Shown here: in pieces, positions 20,929-30,843 of the stretch
Numbering within the stretch: the first letter of the stretch is position 1
Layout of the letters: each line of letters begins with the position of its first letter
Assembly (NCBI GenBank): GCA_963827235.1
Contig: CAWHAE010000009.1
Span: forward strand, 256,001 to 320,000
Reading direction: 5' to 3'
Source of the DNA: an uncultured bacterium
GTDB lineage: Bacteria; Chloroflexota; UBA5177; JANWHV01
Length of the DNA: 64,000 nucleotides
Position numbers and translations under genes: made by a program
The notes under the pieces: generated by a model
The model's database searches: none
Told to the model about the DNA's origin: nothing
What the model saw: the letters and a program-made list of their open reading frames with translations, nothing else

Positions 20929-21978
20929 ATGTCCAGATTGCCGCGGTTGTTGACGTCCATGCTGCCCGCCGCAATCCTCGCCTCAAACGCCGCCTTTGGT
21001 GGGCCGGCAGCGCGCGCCACGGGGCCAACGGCGCCGACCGTCGTCACCTTACCCGGTTACCAGATCAGCGTGTTCGCGCGCGGCACAAGTGCCTACTCCA
21101 ATCCCGATGCGATCGTGTCCGATGGCCAGCACGTCTATGTCGGCTTCCAGAACGTCACGGCGAAGGACGGCACCGACCACAAGAGCAGTACGGTGGTCGA
21201 GTACACCATGCACGGCACGGTTGTCCGTACCTTCGCCGCGCTCGGCCACTGCGACGGGCTGCGCATCGATCCGTCCTCGCACCTGCTCTGGGCCCTGAGC
21301 GATGAGGACGGCGATCCGCACCTGACCACCATCGATCCGGCCACAGGCGCCACCCAGCTCTATCAGTTTCCCAGGACGCCGCACGGCGGTGGCTACGACG
21401 ATATGGCGTTCTCTCATGGCATGGCCTTCATCGACGCCTCCAATCCAAACCTCGATAAGAACGGCGTCAACGTATTCCCTGCTCTGGACACGGTGACACT
21501 GAGCAAGAGCGAGGTGCATCTCACGACGGTGCTCATGGGGGATGCCCCGTCGCTGGACATCACGGCAGGAAACGACAAGACAGTCACACTCAATCTGATC
21601 GATCCGGATTCGCTCACCTTTGATTCCGCCGGCGATCTCGTCCTCGACAATCAGGCCGGCATGCAGCAGATCTTCATCAAGAGTCCCGGCACACCCCAGC
21701 AATCCGTACGCAGTCTGAATCTCGGCGACGCCGTGGACGATACGATCTGGCCGTCGTCTGCCGCCGGGCGACTCCTGATCAGTGACACGGGTTCCAACAC
21801 CATCTTCGCCCTGCACAGCACGGCGCTGGCGAAGGGGAGCGTGTATGGGGCGGCGCCCAACGATTCCGGCGTGGCGGGGTTCGTCGGCACCGTCGACCTG
21901 ACGTCCGGCATCATCACGCCGGTGGCGATAGGCTTTGCCAGTCCCCACGGCATGCTCTTCCTGCCGGACGGCATGTGA
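20929..21978 (+). CDS. Secreted beta-propeller-like protein
   Basis: GGAAGGGAG RBS, signal peptide, blade-like motifs NPDAI, HCDGLRIDP, GGGYDDMAF, DPDSL, SPHGMLF; Asp-rich. Confidence 0.8.
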   Translation: MSRLPRLLTSMLPAAILASNAAFGGPAARATGPTAPTVVTLPGYQISVFARGTSAYSNPDAIVSDGQHVYVGFQNVTAKDGTDHKSSTVVEYTMHGTVVRTFAALGHCDGLRIDPSSHLLWALSDEDGDPHLTTIDPATGATQLYQFPRTPHGGGYDDMAFSHGMAFIDASNPNLDKNGVNVFPALDTVTLSKSEVHLTTVLMGDAPSLDITAGNDKTVTLNLIDPDSLTFDSAGDLVLDNQAGMQQIFIKSPGTPQQSVRSLNLGDAVDDTIWPSSAAGRLLISDTGSNTIFALHSTALAKGSVYGAAPNDSGVAGFVGTVDLTSGIITPVAIGFASPHGMLFLPDGM

Positions 21979-22049
21979 GGTCCGCAGACGCGCCGAGGGA
22001 AACACGCCTGGTCTGACATGCCCGAGTGAGCGCCGGGACCCTGGCCGCG

Positions 22050-22222
22050 GAAGAGTCGGCATCGAACGCGATCTGCGGCCTCTGGCCCATCGCTACCTTG
22101 GCGTGGAGGGCGGTGACCGATGGGTCGAGGAGAACGGCGGCAGCAGGGCAGGGCAAGGCGACCTCCTGATCCGCCTGCGGCCCCAGATCTGGCTCTCCGC
22201 CGACTTCGGGAATGGCGACTGA
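22050..22222 (+). pseudogene. Pyridoxamine 5'-phosphate oxidase-family C-terminal fragment
   Basis: ERDLRPLAHRYLGVEGGDRWVE...LIRLRPQIWLSADF*. Confidence 0.55.
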
Positions 22223-22866
22223 AGTACCTGGAAGCACGTCGACCAGCCGACAGGGGCCGCCGTCAAGAGCCATCGCGTTGCGTTTCTGACACCCAGAATA
22301 GGCTCGCCGTCTGGTTCACTGCAATTCCGGCCTCATGGCTTCCTACACAGCCTTCGCGTGCCCTGGCGAGCGGGCCGCTATGAACTCGCAGGGCACGTCG
22401 ACGCCATCGCCCCAGCATCTTACAGATTGGACCTACGCCGCTTGGATCCACACGTCGTTCATACGATTGTCCAAGACGCTGACGGCGGCGGCTTGACTGC
22501 GTGTTCGTTGGTGCGTAGCATGCCCATCCCAAGGCGCATTGCCGCATGGAGTCAGAGCCTGGCGTTCGACCGACTAACTGACGGTCTTTGGGCGAGCGAT
22601 CATTCTGGTATGTTCGTCGATCTAGCAGTTGGGAGGGACAGCTGAATTGGGGGGCGGAGTCTTGCCGTCTGCGTGCATCTGTCTTGTGGTCGTCGGGCCG
22701 CCGCCAAGACGTGGGCATGATGCTTAGCAGGAGTATGTGCAGGCCGCGGTCATCCGACGCCCGTCACTGTGCTTGCGTACACGTTGTCGCAAGCGCGTAC
22801 CTGAGTTGTGCTGTGCAGCCTGCCATGGGACAATGGCGCTGAGGCATCTCTGGCTCGAAAGGATCG

Positions 22867-23499
22867 GTGGGCGATTTGATACCAGTTGACATGGATCCGC
22901 TAGCAGTATCACGCCCTCGTGGCCAGCTCTCCACTACCTCCGATCTGACGGCGGAGGAGAAAGCCGTTGTAGCCAGGTTCCGCAACACCTCCTTCTTGCC
23001 GGCGAACCGGGTCGCAGGTGGATCGGTCTGGCAACAGCCGTCCCTTGGCGCCATCTTGCTGCTACCGGGGATGGTATGTGCCGAATTGGTTACGGCCAAT
23101 ATTCTAGCCTCAGCCTGGGTAGTGAAGACTACCGCACGCTATCTTGCGCCGGACTTCAGCGTGCTTGCGCTGCTGGATGCAGTACTCCTGGCGTGTTCCA
23201 TGGGCGTGGTACTTGCGCTCGCGCGGCGGGGCAAGTCACGTGCTCGCCGCACCGCTGTCGCGGGGATTGTCGCCTTTGTCCTATCCCTGGCGTTCCTGCT
23301 GGCTATTGCGGGGTCTGGCTCCCAGCTGGGCCTTGACACTCTACTGGGGTTTGGAGCAGCGGCGTTGGTGATCCCAATGGCGGCTGCGGGCTTCAGCATC
23401 ACCCGTGCCTTCCAGCTGCCTCGCGAGACTCCGCCGCTCATCGGCCCGCATGACATCAATTCGCTTGAAGGTGGCGCGGTCCGACTGCGCCAAGGCTAG
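22867..23499 (+). CDS. Hypothetical membrane protein (about 4 TM)
   Basis: 210-aa ORF with four hydrophobic segments. Confidence 0.6.
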   Translation: MGDLIPVDMDPLAVSRPRGQLSTTSDLTAEEKAVVARFRNTSFLPANRVAGGSVWQQPSLGAILLLPGMVCAELVTANILASAWVVKTTARYLAPDFSVLALLDAVLLACSMGVVLALARRGKSRARRTAVAGIVAFVLSLAFLLAIAGSGSQLGLDTLLGFGAAALVIPMAAAGFSITRAFQLPRETPPLIGPHDINSLEGGAVRLRQG

Positions 23500-23519
23500 C
23501 AGCGCTCCTCGCCGGCCTC

Positions 23520-23745
23520 TCTGCACCGCTTGGGGCGCGCGCAATTTGAGCAAATCGATCTTCATCCGACCATATCCGCTCCTCTTGATGAGTTTGTTCA
23601 CACTACCCTCCACGGATCCCAATGTCCACGAAAGCGTGAGTGCGGCCCGGACAGCAGCATCCTCCTGCTCCAGGCTCGTGGCGAAGTTGCGCAGCTCTGC
23701 TGTAGACCCAGCACGGCACTCTCGCAAGCCAGGGGTCGAGGTCAT
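23520..23745 (-). mobile_element. ISL3-family transposase C-terminal remnant
   Basis: ELRNFATSLEQEDAAVRAALTLSWTLGSVEGSVNKLIKRSGYGRMKIDLLKLR. Confidence 0.8.
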
Positions 23746-24139
23746 CGCGACGCCGTTGGCGCTCCATGGCCCGGAACCGCGCGACCATCCGCTGGAGCCA
23801 GACCAGTTCGCAGACGGTTCCAGAGCACACGATTCTCGGGGGCCAGTGTCTCGTCGCCAGCCTGAAGCACCAACCATGAGCGTTCCTTGGGGCCAGGCAG
23901 CGGCATGAGTGGGACCGACGGCTTGGCCAGCCCGAGACGATGCGCACAGATCCACTTGGATGCGAGCGAGCGCCCACCATCGACGCCCTGTGCGCTGATC
24001 TCCTGCTATAGGCGACTCTGATTGGTGCAACCTTCGCTGAGCCGGCGCAGCATGCATGACGCAGAGCGATCCACTGTTCTCCGGCGTCGGTAGCCCCGAC
24101 GTTCGGGCGGCAGCACGTCTGCACGAAGCCAGGGCCGCA

Positions 24140-24210
24140 CGGTCGCCACATAGGCGCGGTGTTCGGCGTGAGCCGCACGACCGTCTACCGCGCCCTACGG
24201 CGCGAACACA
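24140..24210 (+). pseudogene. Resolvase-type HTH remnant
   Basis: IGAVFGVSRTTVYRAL. Confidence 0.55.
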
Positions 24211-24264
24211 CGATTATGCGAAGGTCTGACCGGATGCCTCAACAGGACATCGGAAAACCGACGG

Positions 24265-24549
24265 CTACTTTACCGCCTTGGACGTGTTCCCGAGCGACGC
24301 AGCGATCTGGGCTTGTTCCGATTGCGGCACGCTGAGCGACGAAATGATCCGACTGACGCTGCGGTTTCCCCCTCGGGCCAACGCGGCCCGTGCTTGCCCG
24401 GTGTACTGGACCGTCGTGACCGAGGCCGCCGTGGACTTGGGTGCTGCGGCCTGAACCACCGCCGCCCGCGCGGCTTGCACGGCGGATGCAGCGTGCGCCG
24501 GGGTCTGTTGGGCATTCGCCGCCGAGGCGAGTTGTGCTTGCTTCGACAT
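24265..24549 (-). CDS. Ala/Gln-rich hypothetical protein or 3' gene fragment
   Basis: Coding-like composition; start uncertain. Confidence 0.4.
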   Translation of the reverse strand: MSKQAQLASAANAQQTPAHAASAVQAARAAVVQAAAPKSTAASVTTVQYTGQARAALARGGNRSVSRIISSLSVPQSEQAQIAASLGNTSKAVK

Positions 24550-24725
24550 GGTGACGGTGACGGCTGGCTGTGCCGGAGGTGGTCTTTCCTCCTTCGGAGG
24601 CGCAAGGATGGCAGCCCGATGCTCGATCGCTCACCTGATAGTCTTCGGCAGAAGGCGGCACATCGAGAGGCCCTAAAATCGAGATGCAGGATCCTTCTTT
24701 GGCGTCGCCTCGAATAGGATAGCCT

Positions 24726-25226
24726 TCAAGTCGTGCGAATTCGAGCCCAGACCCGCACATGCCTGCTGCTGAAGGACTCCGGCAGCGGCCGACGTGCGAT
24801 AGCCAGGGCGACCACCACGGCGATGGCCATACTGCCGGCGACATCCATGGTGTGATGGGCGCCGATGCCGAGTCGTCCGAGCGCGATGAGGAGGGTGCCG
24901 AGCGCGAAGCATGGCAGCTTGCCACGATCGATCTACCGGAGGCTTGCCGTAAGAGCGGAAGCCAGCAGTGTATGGTCCGAGGGAAAGCCGTTGTCGTGTC
25001 GGACGGGCGTGAGCGCCGACGAGAGCGCCACGAAGTCCGGGCGCGGATCGGAGATGAGTCCGTTGAGAGCTTGCGCGAGTAGCGCGGCGAGCAACAGAAG
25101 CAGCGCGATACGTGCGGCGTCAACGAAGGACATCCGCGCAATGCGCATCGCCGCAACCACGAGCCAGGCCGCACACAGCAGGTAGAGCACATAGACCGCT
25201 AGGCCGCTGGCTATATCGCGAGTGAC
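24726..25226 (-). pseudogene. PAP2-family phosphatase with in-frame TAG at 24933-24935
   Basis: DPRP...NGFPSDH...ASLR*IDRG...GRLGIGAHHTMDV: the PAP2 motifs are in one frame across the stop. Confidence 0.8.
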
Positions 25227-25499
25227 GCTGTGCCGCTGCTTGCGGTAAGTCACGTTCCCCCATCGTGTCGACGTGATACATGCGACGAGCACCCTCAGCC
25301 CGACCCGTTTAACCGGCGACATTGAGGCCCTTGGTCCCCAGCCCGACCTCCAGTTGCGGTATCTGGGCCCCAAGCACCAAGCTGATCGGGCCGTTCATGA
25401 TCGCGTTCTCCTGGTCCAGGATCACTTGGCCGATGCCCTTGATCACCCCGGAACCCGTGGTGCCGCCCGTCCGGCCTATCGAGAAACCGGCGCTGCCGT

Positions 25500-25952
25500 C
25501 TATGCGTCGCTGATGGTCGTGCTGTGCGTGGGCACGTCGTGGGCGAGATTCTCCGTGGGGCTCAGATACTCAATCCACCAGCCGCGGAAGAACGTCACTT
25601 CGTATCCGCCGCATGCGGTAATCACGCGCGCGGCCGCCTGCGCGTCCAGTAGCGCAGGGATGGGCACGGCGAGCACGATGTGCTCGTGGCGGAGATGCCG
25701 CGCGTAGATCGTGGCCAGATGGCTCTCGCCACCCAGTCTCTTACAGAAGCGCGCGAGCCGGCCGTACAGACCGGCACGCCGTGCTGGGTGCTCTAACGCC
25801 GGCGCCTCGCAGGGCAACAACACCTCGGGTTGCAGACCAATCCGACGGAGGCCCCCCTCCGCGCGCCGGCACGCTGCCGCATCATCGACGACCGCGAACA
25901 CATGATGCCTACGCGGCGTGCCAGCGCCATCGATCGACGCCATATGTGCCAT
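25500..25952 (-). CDS. Hypothetical protein
   Basis: 150-aa ORF with plausible RBS; HHVFAVVDD...YARHL...VLAV...GGYEVTFFRGWWIEYL. Confidence 0.65.
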   Translation of the reverse strand: MAHMASIDGAGTPRRHHVFAVVDDAAACRRAEGGLRRIGLQPEVLLPCEAPALEHPARRAGLYGRLARFCKRLGGESHLATIYARHLRHEHIVLAVPIPALLDAQAAARVITACGGYEVTFFRGWWIEYLSPTENLAHDVPTHSTTISDA

Positions 25953-26079
25953 CGCAGCCGCCTATCTCCTGGTGGTCATGTCCGCCACCATTGTCGCACG
26001 GCCGCCACGATGTGTGTACGTCGGTCAGCGGCGCAGCCTGGATATGCTGGCAAGGGGCTGCGCGCGGAACCGTGCCGGT

Positions 26080-26377
26080 GCCGCATGCAGCGGCGGCTCA
26101 CCCTGAGCGCGTACAGGCAGTGGTCTCGCGCGGTGGCCGACCCGATCTCGCCGGCGATGCGCTTCCGCGCATCGAAGCGCCCACGCTGCTGATCGTCGGT
26201 GGCAACGATCCTCAGGCGCTGCTGCTGAATCAACAAGCACAGGCACTGCTGCATGCAGAGCACAACGTCCAGATCATCCCGGGAGCAACGCATCTGTTCG
26301 AGGAACCGGGCGCGCTCGAGAAAGTGGCGCGTCTGGCGCGGCAATGGTTCACGGCGTATCTTCGCCGGGCCTCGTAG
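26080..26377 (+). pseudogene. Dienelactone hydrolase-family C-terminal fragment
   Basis: AVVSRGGRPDLAGDALPRIEAPTLLIVGGND...IPGATHLFEEPGALEKVA; N-terminus absent. Confidence 0.8.
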
Positions 26378-26575
26378 CGGCGCACCGCAACTACGTGGCC
26401 CGGAGCCATCGCCTGTCCGCCCGCGCAGGCGGAGCACTGACGGTTCTCCGTTCACACAGAGTTTGCAGAACGACCACAGCTGGTTACACGACGGCAACAG
26501 CCCGGAAACAGTCTCGTCCTATGCTGGTTCTCGTACACCAGATTGCTGGTGATGCAGTAGACAGCGGAGGAAGAG

Positions 26576-26845
26576 ATGAAGGCGTTCCGACAGTCCGGCA
26601 AGCGAATCCTTGGTGGCGTGGTCGTGTCAACCGTCCTGGTCCTGGCAGCCGTCGCTCCGACGGCGACTCACGCAGCAGCCTCTGCGCACACCACGGCGTT
26701 GGGCATTCCCAAGCGCTGCCAGCCGATCATGAGCGAGATCCAGAATCTCAGCCCGGCGGACTTCCCCAACCAGCAGGCTTTTCAGAACGCCTTGCGTGCC
26801 CTGATGAGCGAGTTGCATGCCTGCGAGCAGCACTACGGGAAGTAG
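26576..26845 (+). CDS. Small secreted protein with one Cys pair
   Basis: GGAGG RBS, signal peptide ending ATHA, 89 aa. Confidence 0.7.
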   Translation: MKAFRQSGKRILGGVVVSTVLVLAAVAPTATHAAASAHTTALGIPKRCQPIMSEIQNLSPADFPNQQAFQNALRALMSELHACEQHYGK

Positions 26846-26879
26846 GCAGGAGGTTAGGCGGCCTGCCGAGCGGGCCTGT

Positions 26880-27010
26880 GTGTGAGGCGGACAGGGATGA
26901 GTACCGCATCCCTGTCCGCCTCGCCCAGATCGACCTGGCTACCATGGTCGGCGCCACGCGGGTCCAGTCAGCCCGCGCTCTCGCCCCGCGTCGGCGCGGT
27001 ATCCTGGCAA
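26880..27010 (+). pseudogene. Crp/Fnr HTH remnant
   Basis: YRIPVRLAQIDLATMVGATR. Confidence 0.6.
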
Positions 27011-27106
27011 CGACCGCTGTAGCAGCGCGCAGAGTGCGCCGGGCCGGCGCCTGGCGACCGCAGGCGTACTTCGGAGAACTGACCAGCCATACTGCTGCAA
27101 GAAGCG

Positions 27107-27289
27107 ATGATCGAGCGACTGCGGGCCCTGTGCCAGGGTGATACGCATGTCCACGCCGCCCTCCTGGGCGGGTCGTTCTCCCAACGCGACGGCGATGCCT
27201 TTGCCGACATCGATGCGGTGCTCTTCTTCGCCGGCGAGGCCCTGCCGGCTCTGGACCAAGTGGCAGGGGGCAGGGGGAGTTCTTTCTAA
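27107..27289 (+). pseudogene. Nucleotidyltransferase (LinB/ANT-like) N-terminal fragment
   Basis: MIERLRALCQGDTHVHAALLGGSF..RDGDAFADID (GS...DxD motif); stops at 60 aa. Confidence 0.65.
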
Positions 27290-27314
27290 CCGTCGGTGTC
27301 CTCATCTCACGAGC

Positions 27315-29579
27315 CTACGGCACAGGTACGTTTGTCACCTGCATCCACGTCGCGGCACCATTCACCGGTGCCTCCTGCTCGATACTGATCGCCGATTGCG
27401 CCAGATCGCCGCCGACTGTGAAGCTGAGCGCGCCCTCGACACCGTTCAGCTTGGTCGCTGCGACCTGGGCCAGCACGCCGGTTCGGAGGTTCTGAGCCGC
27501 TGCCGGCGCGCCCGCTGCGCTCGGCAGTTGCGCACCTTCGCCAATCGCGACCTTGATCGCCGAGATCAGGACGGTTGCGCTATCGTAGCCGGTCCCGCTG
27601 AAGGGCCCGGGTGCGCCGAATCTCGCCTGGTATTGCTGCACGAATGAAGCAGCGGTTAGCACAGTGGTGAAGTCCGCGGGCGTCAGCGTGCTGAAGACCA
27701 GGCCGCCGGCCGCCGGCTGGACCGCCTGGAGGAATGGCACGGTCCGTATGCCGTCTGTTCCGGCGAACGACGTGTGTGCGAGCGAAGGAACCTCCAGCAT
27801 CTGCTCGCGGACACTGATGCTGTCCGGCGTCCCCGTTGCCGGATCGCTGCCACCGTAAAAGATCACGTCTGGCTGCTCGGCGGAGATCTCCGTGAGGGCA
27901 TTGAGGTAGTCGGCGGTGCCCTCCGGCAGGCTGATATGGTCCAGTAGGTTGCCGCCAAGCGCCTTCCAGGTCTGGCTGAAAGCAGCGGCGACTGTAGCGC
28001 CATAGGCAGTCGCGTCGTCCACGACAGAAGCCCTCCTGTACCCTTTGATGAGGAACAGATACTGGGCCATGGCGCTGCCTTGCTGCGCGTCGGTCGGTAT
28101 TGTGCGGAAGAAGGTGAGGTTACTCGTCGGGCGAACGGTCGCGAGCTCCGTGGTCGCGGCGACGCAGCCCGTCGCGGCGCTGTTGCTGGTCAAACACGGG
28201 TCGCCGGCCGAAGGGCTGACGACGGTGATGCCTGCTCTGTTTGCCAGGGGAAGCTCCAGCAGTGCCGTCGTAGTGTCAAACGGCCCGATGATGCCTGCCA
28301 CGTGCGAGTCGCCGATCAGCGAGGTGACGGCGGCAGCACCGGTAGCGCCGTCCGGGGCGCCGCCTGCACCGGTGTCATCCATGGCGTCCAGCGCAAAGGT
28401 TACGCCGGGCACGAAGTTGGCGGCATTCGCCTGATCGATCGCCAACTGCGCCCCGTGCTCGGCCGCGAGACCTTGTGCCGCATCCTTGCCGCTGAGCGGC
28501 AGGACCAGTCCCAGCTTGATCGTCGTCGAGACCGCCTGCGTGGCGGCAACGGTTGCCGTGGGCGTCGACGTCGATTGGCTGGCCCTAGTTATAGGGGTCG
28601 ACGTCGGCGTAGCCGACGGCTGAGCAGGAGGGATACCGGTTCCCTGATTCGACACCGGCATGCCCACAAGGCCGACGGTGTTTTGCGCCTCATCCACGAC
28701 GAAGCCGACGATCTCTCCGGCATTGTTGATGCCGTTGATCACCGTCGCGGTCACACCCGGTGCCTCAACCGAGTGGTAGGCGCGCGACGTGACGTCGAAG
28801 ATAAAGCCGTGAGTGTTGCCAGCGGAATCCTGGTAGAAGCCGACAACCTGTCCATCGTCGTTCTCACCCAGTGCCTGCGTGAAGGCAGAGCCAGGATAGA
28901 TGAGGAGGCTGAGCGTGCCGCCCTGCACCATGAAGCCGGCCGACGTGGTGTCGGAAGGCTGGGTGAAGCCCACGACAGTGCCGGAGTCGTTGATCCCGGT
29001 TGCCTGGCTATCGGCTAGCGGCAGCACCTGGAACGTGCCACTGCTCGAGCGAACATACGCGTGGTCGTGCCCTTGCGCATCCTGGTAGTAGCCCGCGGCC
29101 TGGCCGCGATTGTTGATACCCAGGATCTGGTTGAACTTTGTTCCCGGTCGATCCACGGTCTTGAACCGGCCGTTGACGTGCAGGAAACCATGGGTCGTGC
29201 CGGCATGGTCGATATAGAAGCCGCCGCTATTGCCCTGGTTGTCGATGGCGATCACCTGCGTCTGCATCGACTGCGGAAAGTTCTCCGCTGTGTAGCTGGA
29301 CGGCAGCGTGAGCGTAAAGCCCTGGTTCGGATGCAGGATGCCTCCCAGTATCTGCCCGGCCCCATAGTAGCCGGCGATGGCCCCGTGGCCGTTAATGCCG
29401 AGCAACTGCGTGAAGGTCGGGTCGTGCGGGCTCGCGATGTGCTGGAAGGTATACGCAGTCGCTGCGGCCTGCGGAATGGCAGAGGTGCGGGCCGCGGCAG
29501 TCAAAGCCGGAGTGCCGGCAACGCTCGCTGCGATTGCGAACGCGCCGAGCAGAGAAACGAGGTACGGTGGCGTCTTCAT
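27315..29579 (-). CDS. Secreted fusion: HAF-like extracellular repeat domain + Thr/Pro linker + branched-chain amino acid-type solute-binding domain
   Basis: Repeats GINNRGQAAGYY...HAY / GINDSGTVVG / GENDDGQVVGFY...HGF; then IKLGLVLPLSG...GAQLAIDQAN...FFRTIPTDAQQG...YDSA...GVEGALSF...GD. Confidence 0.85.
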   Translation of the reverse strand: MKTPPYLVSLLGAFAIAASVAGTPALTAAARTSAIPQAAATAYTFQHIASPHDPTFTQLLGINGHGAIAGYYGAGQILGGILHPNQGFTLTLPSSYTAENFPQSMQTQVIAIDNQGNSGGFYIDHAGTTHGFLHVNGRFKTVDRPGTKFNQILGINNRGQAAGYYQDAQGHDHAYVRSSSGTFQVLPLADSQATGINDSGTVVGFTQPSDTTSAGFMVQGGTLSLLIYPGSAFTQALGENDDGQVVGFYQDSAGNTHGFIFDVTSRAYHSVEAPGVTATVINGINNAGEIVGFVVDEAQNTVGLVGMPVSNQGTGIPPAQPSATPTSTPITRASQSTSTPTATVAATQAVSTTIKLGLVLPLSGKDAAQGLAAEHGAQLAIDQANAANFVPGVTFALDAMDDTGAGGAPDGATGAAAVTSLIGDSHVAGIIGPFDTTTALLELPLANRAGITVVSPSAGDPCLTSNSAATGCVAATTELATVRPTSNLTFFRTIPTDAQQGSAMAQYLFLIKGYRRASVVDDATAYGATVAAAFSQTWKALGGNLLDHISLPEGTADYLNALTEISAEQPDVIFYGGSDPATGTPDSISVREQMLEVPSLAHTSFAGTDGIRTVPFLQAVQPAAGGLVFSTLTPADFTTVLTAASFVQQYQARFGAPGPFSGTGYDSATVLISAIKVAIGEGAQLPSAAGAPAAAQNLRTGVLAQVAATKLNGVEGALSFTVGGDLAQSAISIEQEAPVNGAATWMQVTNVPVP

Positions 29580-30183
29580 GGTGATGTCCTTTCGAGAGAC
29601 GGCGTCTTGCAAGTCTCAGTATGAGCCGCCAGAAGGGGCCAAACCACGGTCGTAGCCCTGACAACGCCCGGACAATAGGTGCCGCTGCACCGCCTGTCAG
29701 GCGCTTTCGACTCCCTCACCGTTGTCGCTGGAGACGTCAGCGTCGAACAACGCCCGTCCGTGTGGTACTACCTGTGATCACTGACAGCGTTGCTGTCGCT
29801 GCTCGTTGGCCGAAGCCCCGACTGCTGGTCCTACGCCAAGCACTTCGCCCTCCTTGACCGCCTGTTTGAGCCTGTCACCTCGTGCGTGCTGTCCGTCGGA
29901 TCTGCGTGTCGTGGCCGCCCTGCACAAGGCCACGCGGCTGCCGTTCGTCCGCCTCTGCAGTCAAACTCCTCCACCTGCGACCGGGCCGCAGTCCTGGTAC
30001 TCCCCAGGGCAAGAGGCGCGCAAGGCCGCTCGCCACGCTGCCGGAATGCATTGGGCAGCTTGTCTTGACTCTTACGCCAAGCGCTCGCTCATAATTGAGC
30101 CACTACCCTCGCGAGCGCAGTGCGTGCTGGCGTCCCTCGCTGCCTCCAGAGGGCAACGGCATGCTTCGTAACCCCGGAGGTGT

Positions 30184-30813
30184 ATGATGGCTGCGGCGAA
30201 CTGGCAGATCAAGGGCGACTACTTCGAGAACTGCAACTGCGACGTCGTCTGCCCCTGCCTCTTCTCGAGCATGGCACCCATGACAGCACGGCCGACGCAA
30301 GGCGTCTGTGATGTCGCCTTTGGTTTTCACATAGACAGCGGCACATTCGGCGGCACCACACTCGACGGCTTGAACGTCGCCCTGACCGCGCACACGCCGG
30401 GCCCGATGGCAAACGGCGGCTGGTCCGTCGCCGTGTACCTCGATGAGCGCGCCGACCCGACCCAGCGCGATGCGCTCACCGCCATCTTCAGCGGCAGCGC
30501 TGGCGGCGTGATGGGTGCGCTCGCACCGCTCATTGCGACGGTTCTCGGCGTAAAGGCGGTGCCTATCGCCTTCCACAAGGACGGTCTCCGGCGCAGCCTG
30601 CAGATCCCCGGCATCATGCAGCTGGGCGTCCAGGCAGCGCCCAGCATCGCGGCGCAATCGGCCATCATGGCGGCCAACGCCCACCCCTTCAACCCGGCAG
30701 GCGTGGCCATGGCGGTGGGCAGCGACCAAAGCACCTGGACCGACTACGGCATGCACTGGGACAACTCCGGTAAGAACGGCCACTACGCCGAGATCGCCTG
30801 GTCCAACGCCTGA
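30184..30813 (+). CDS. DUF1326 protein
   Basis: WQIKGDYFENCNCDVVCPC...PTQGVC...YLDERADPTQRDAL..IFSG..GG. Confidence 0.92.
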   Translation: MMAAANWQIKGDYFENCNCDVVCPCLFSSMAPMTARPTQGVCDVAFGFHIDSGTFGGTTLDGLNVALTAHTPGPMANGGWSVAVYLDERADPTQRDALTAIFSGSAGGVMGALAPLIATVLGVKAVPIAFHKDGLRRSLQIPGIMQLGVQAAPSIAAQSAIMAANAHPFNPAGVAMAVGSDQSTWTDYGMHWDNSGKNGHYAEIAWSNA

Positions 30814-30843
30814 ATCGCCGCACTGCTGGCCGGGAGTGCACCC

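Noticed and set aside
24933-24935. In-frame TAG in the PAP2 gene as pyrrolysine/readthrough
   Set aside because: No pyl genes in view; a TGG-to-TAG nonsense change in a decaying region is simpler.
25308-25500. Minus-strand coding-like stretch (DGSAGFSIG...GLNVAG*)
   Set aside because: No start and no recognisable family; probably another fragment but not supportable.
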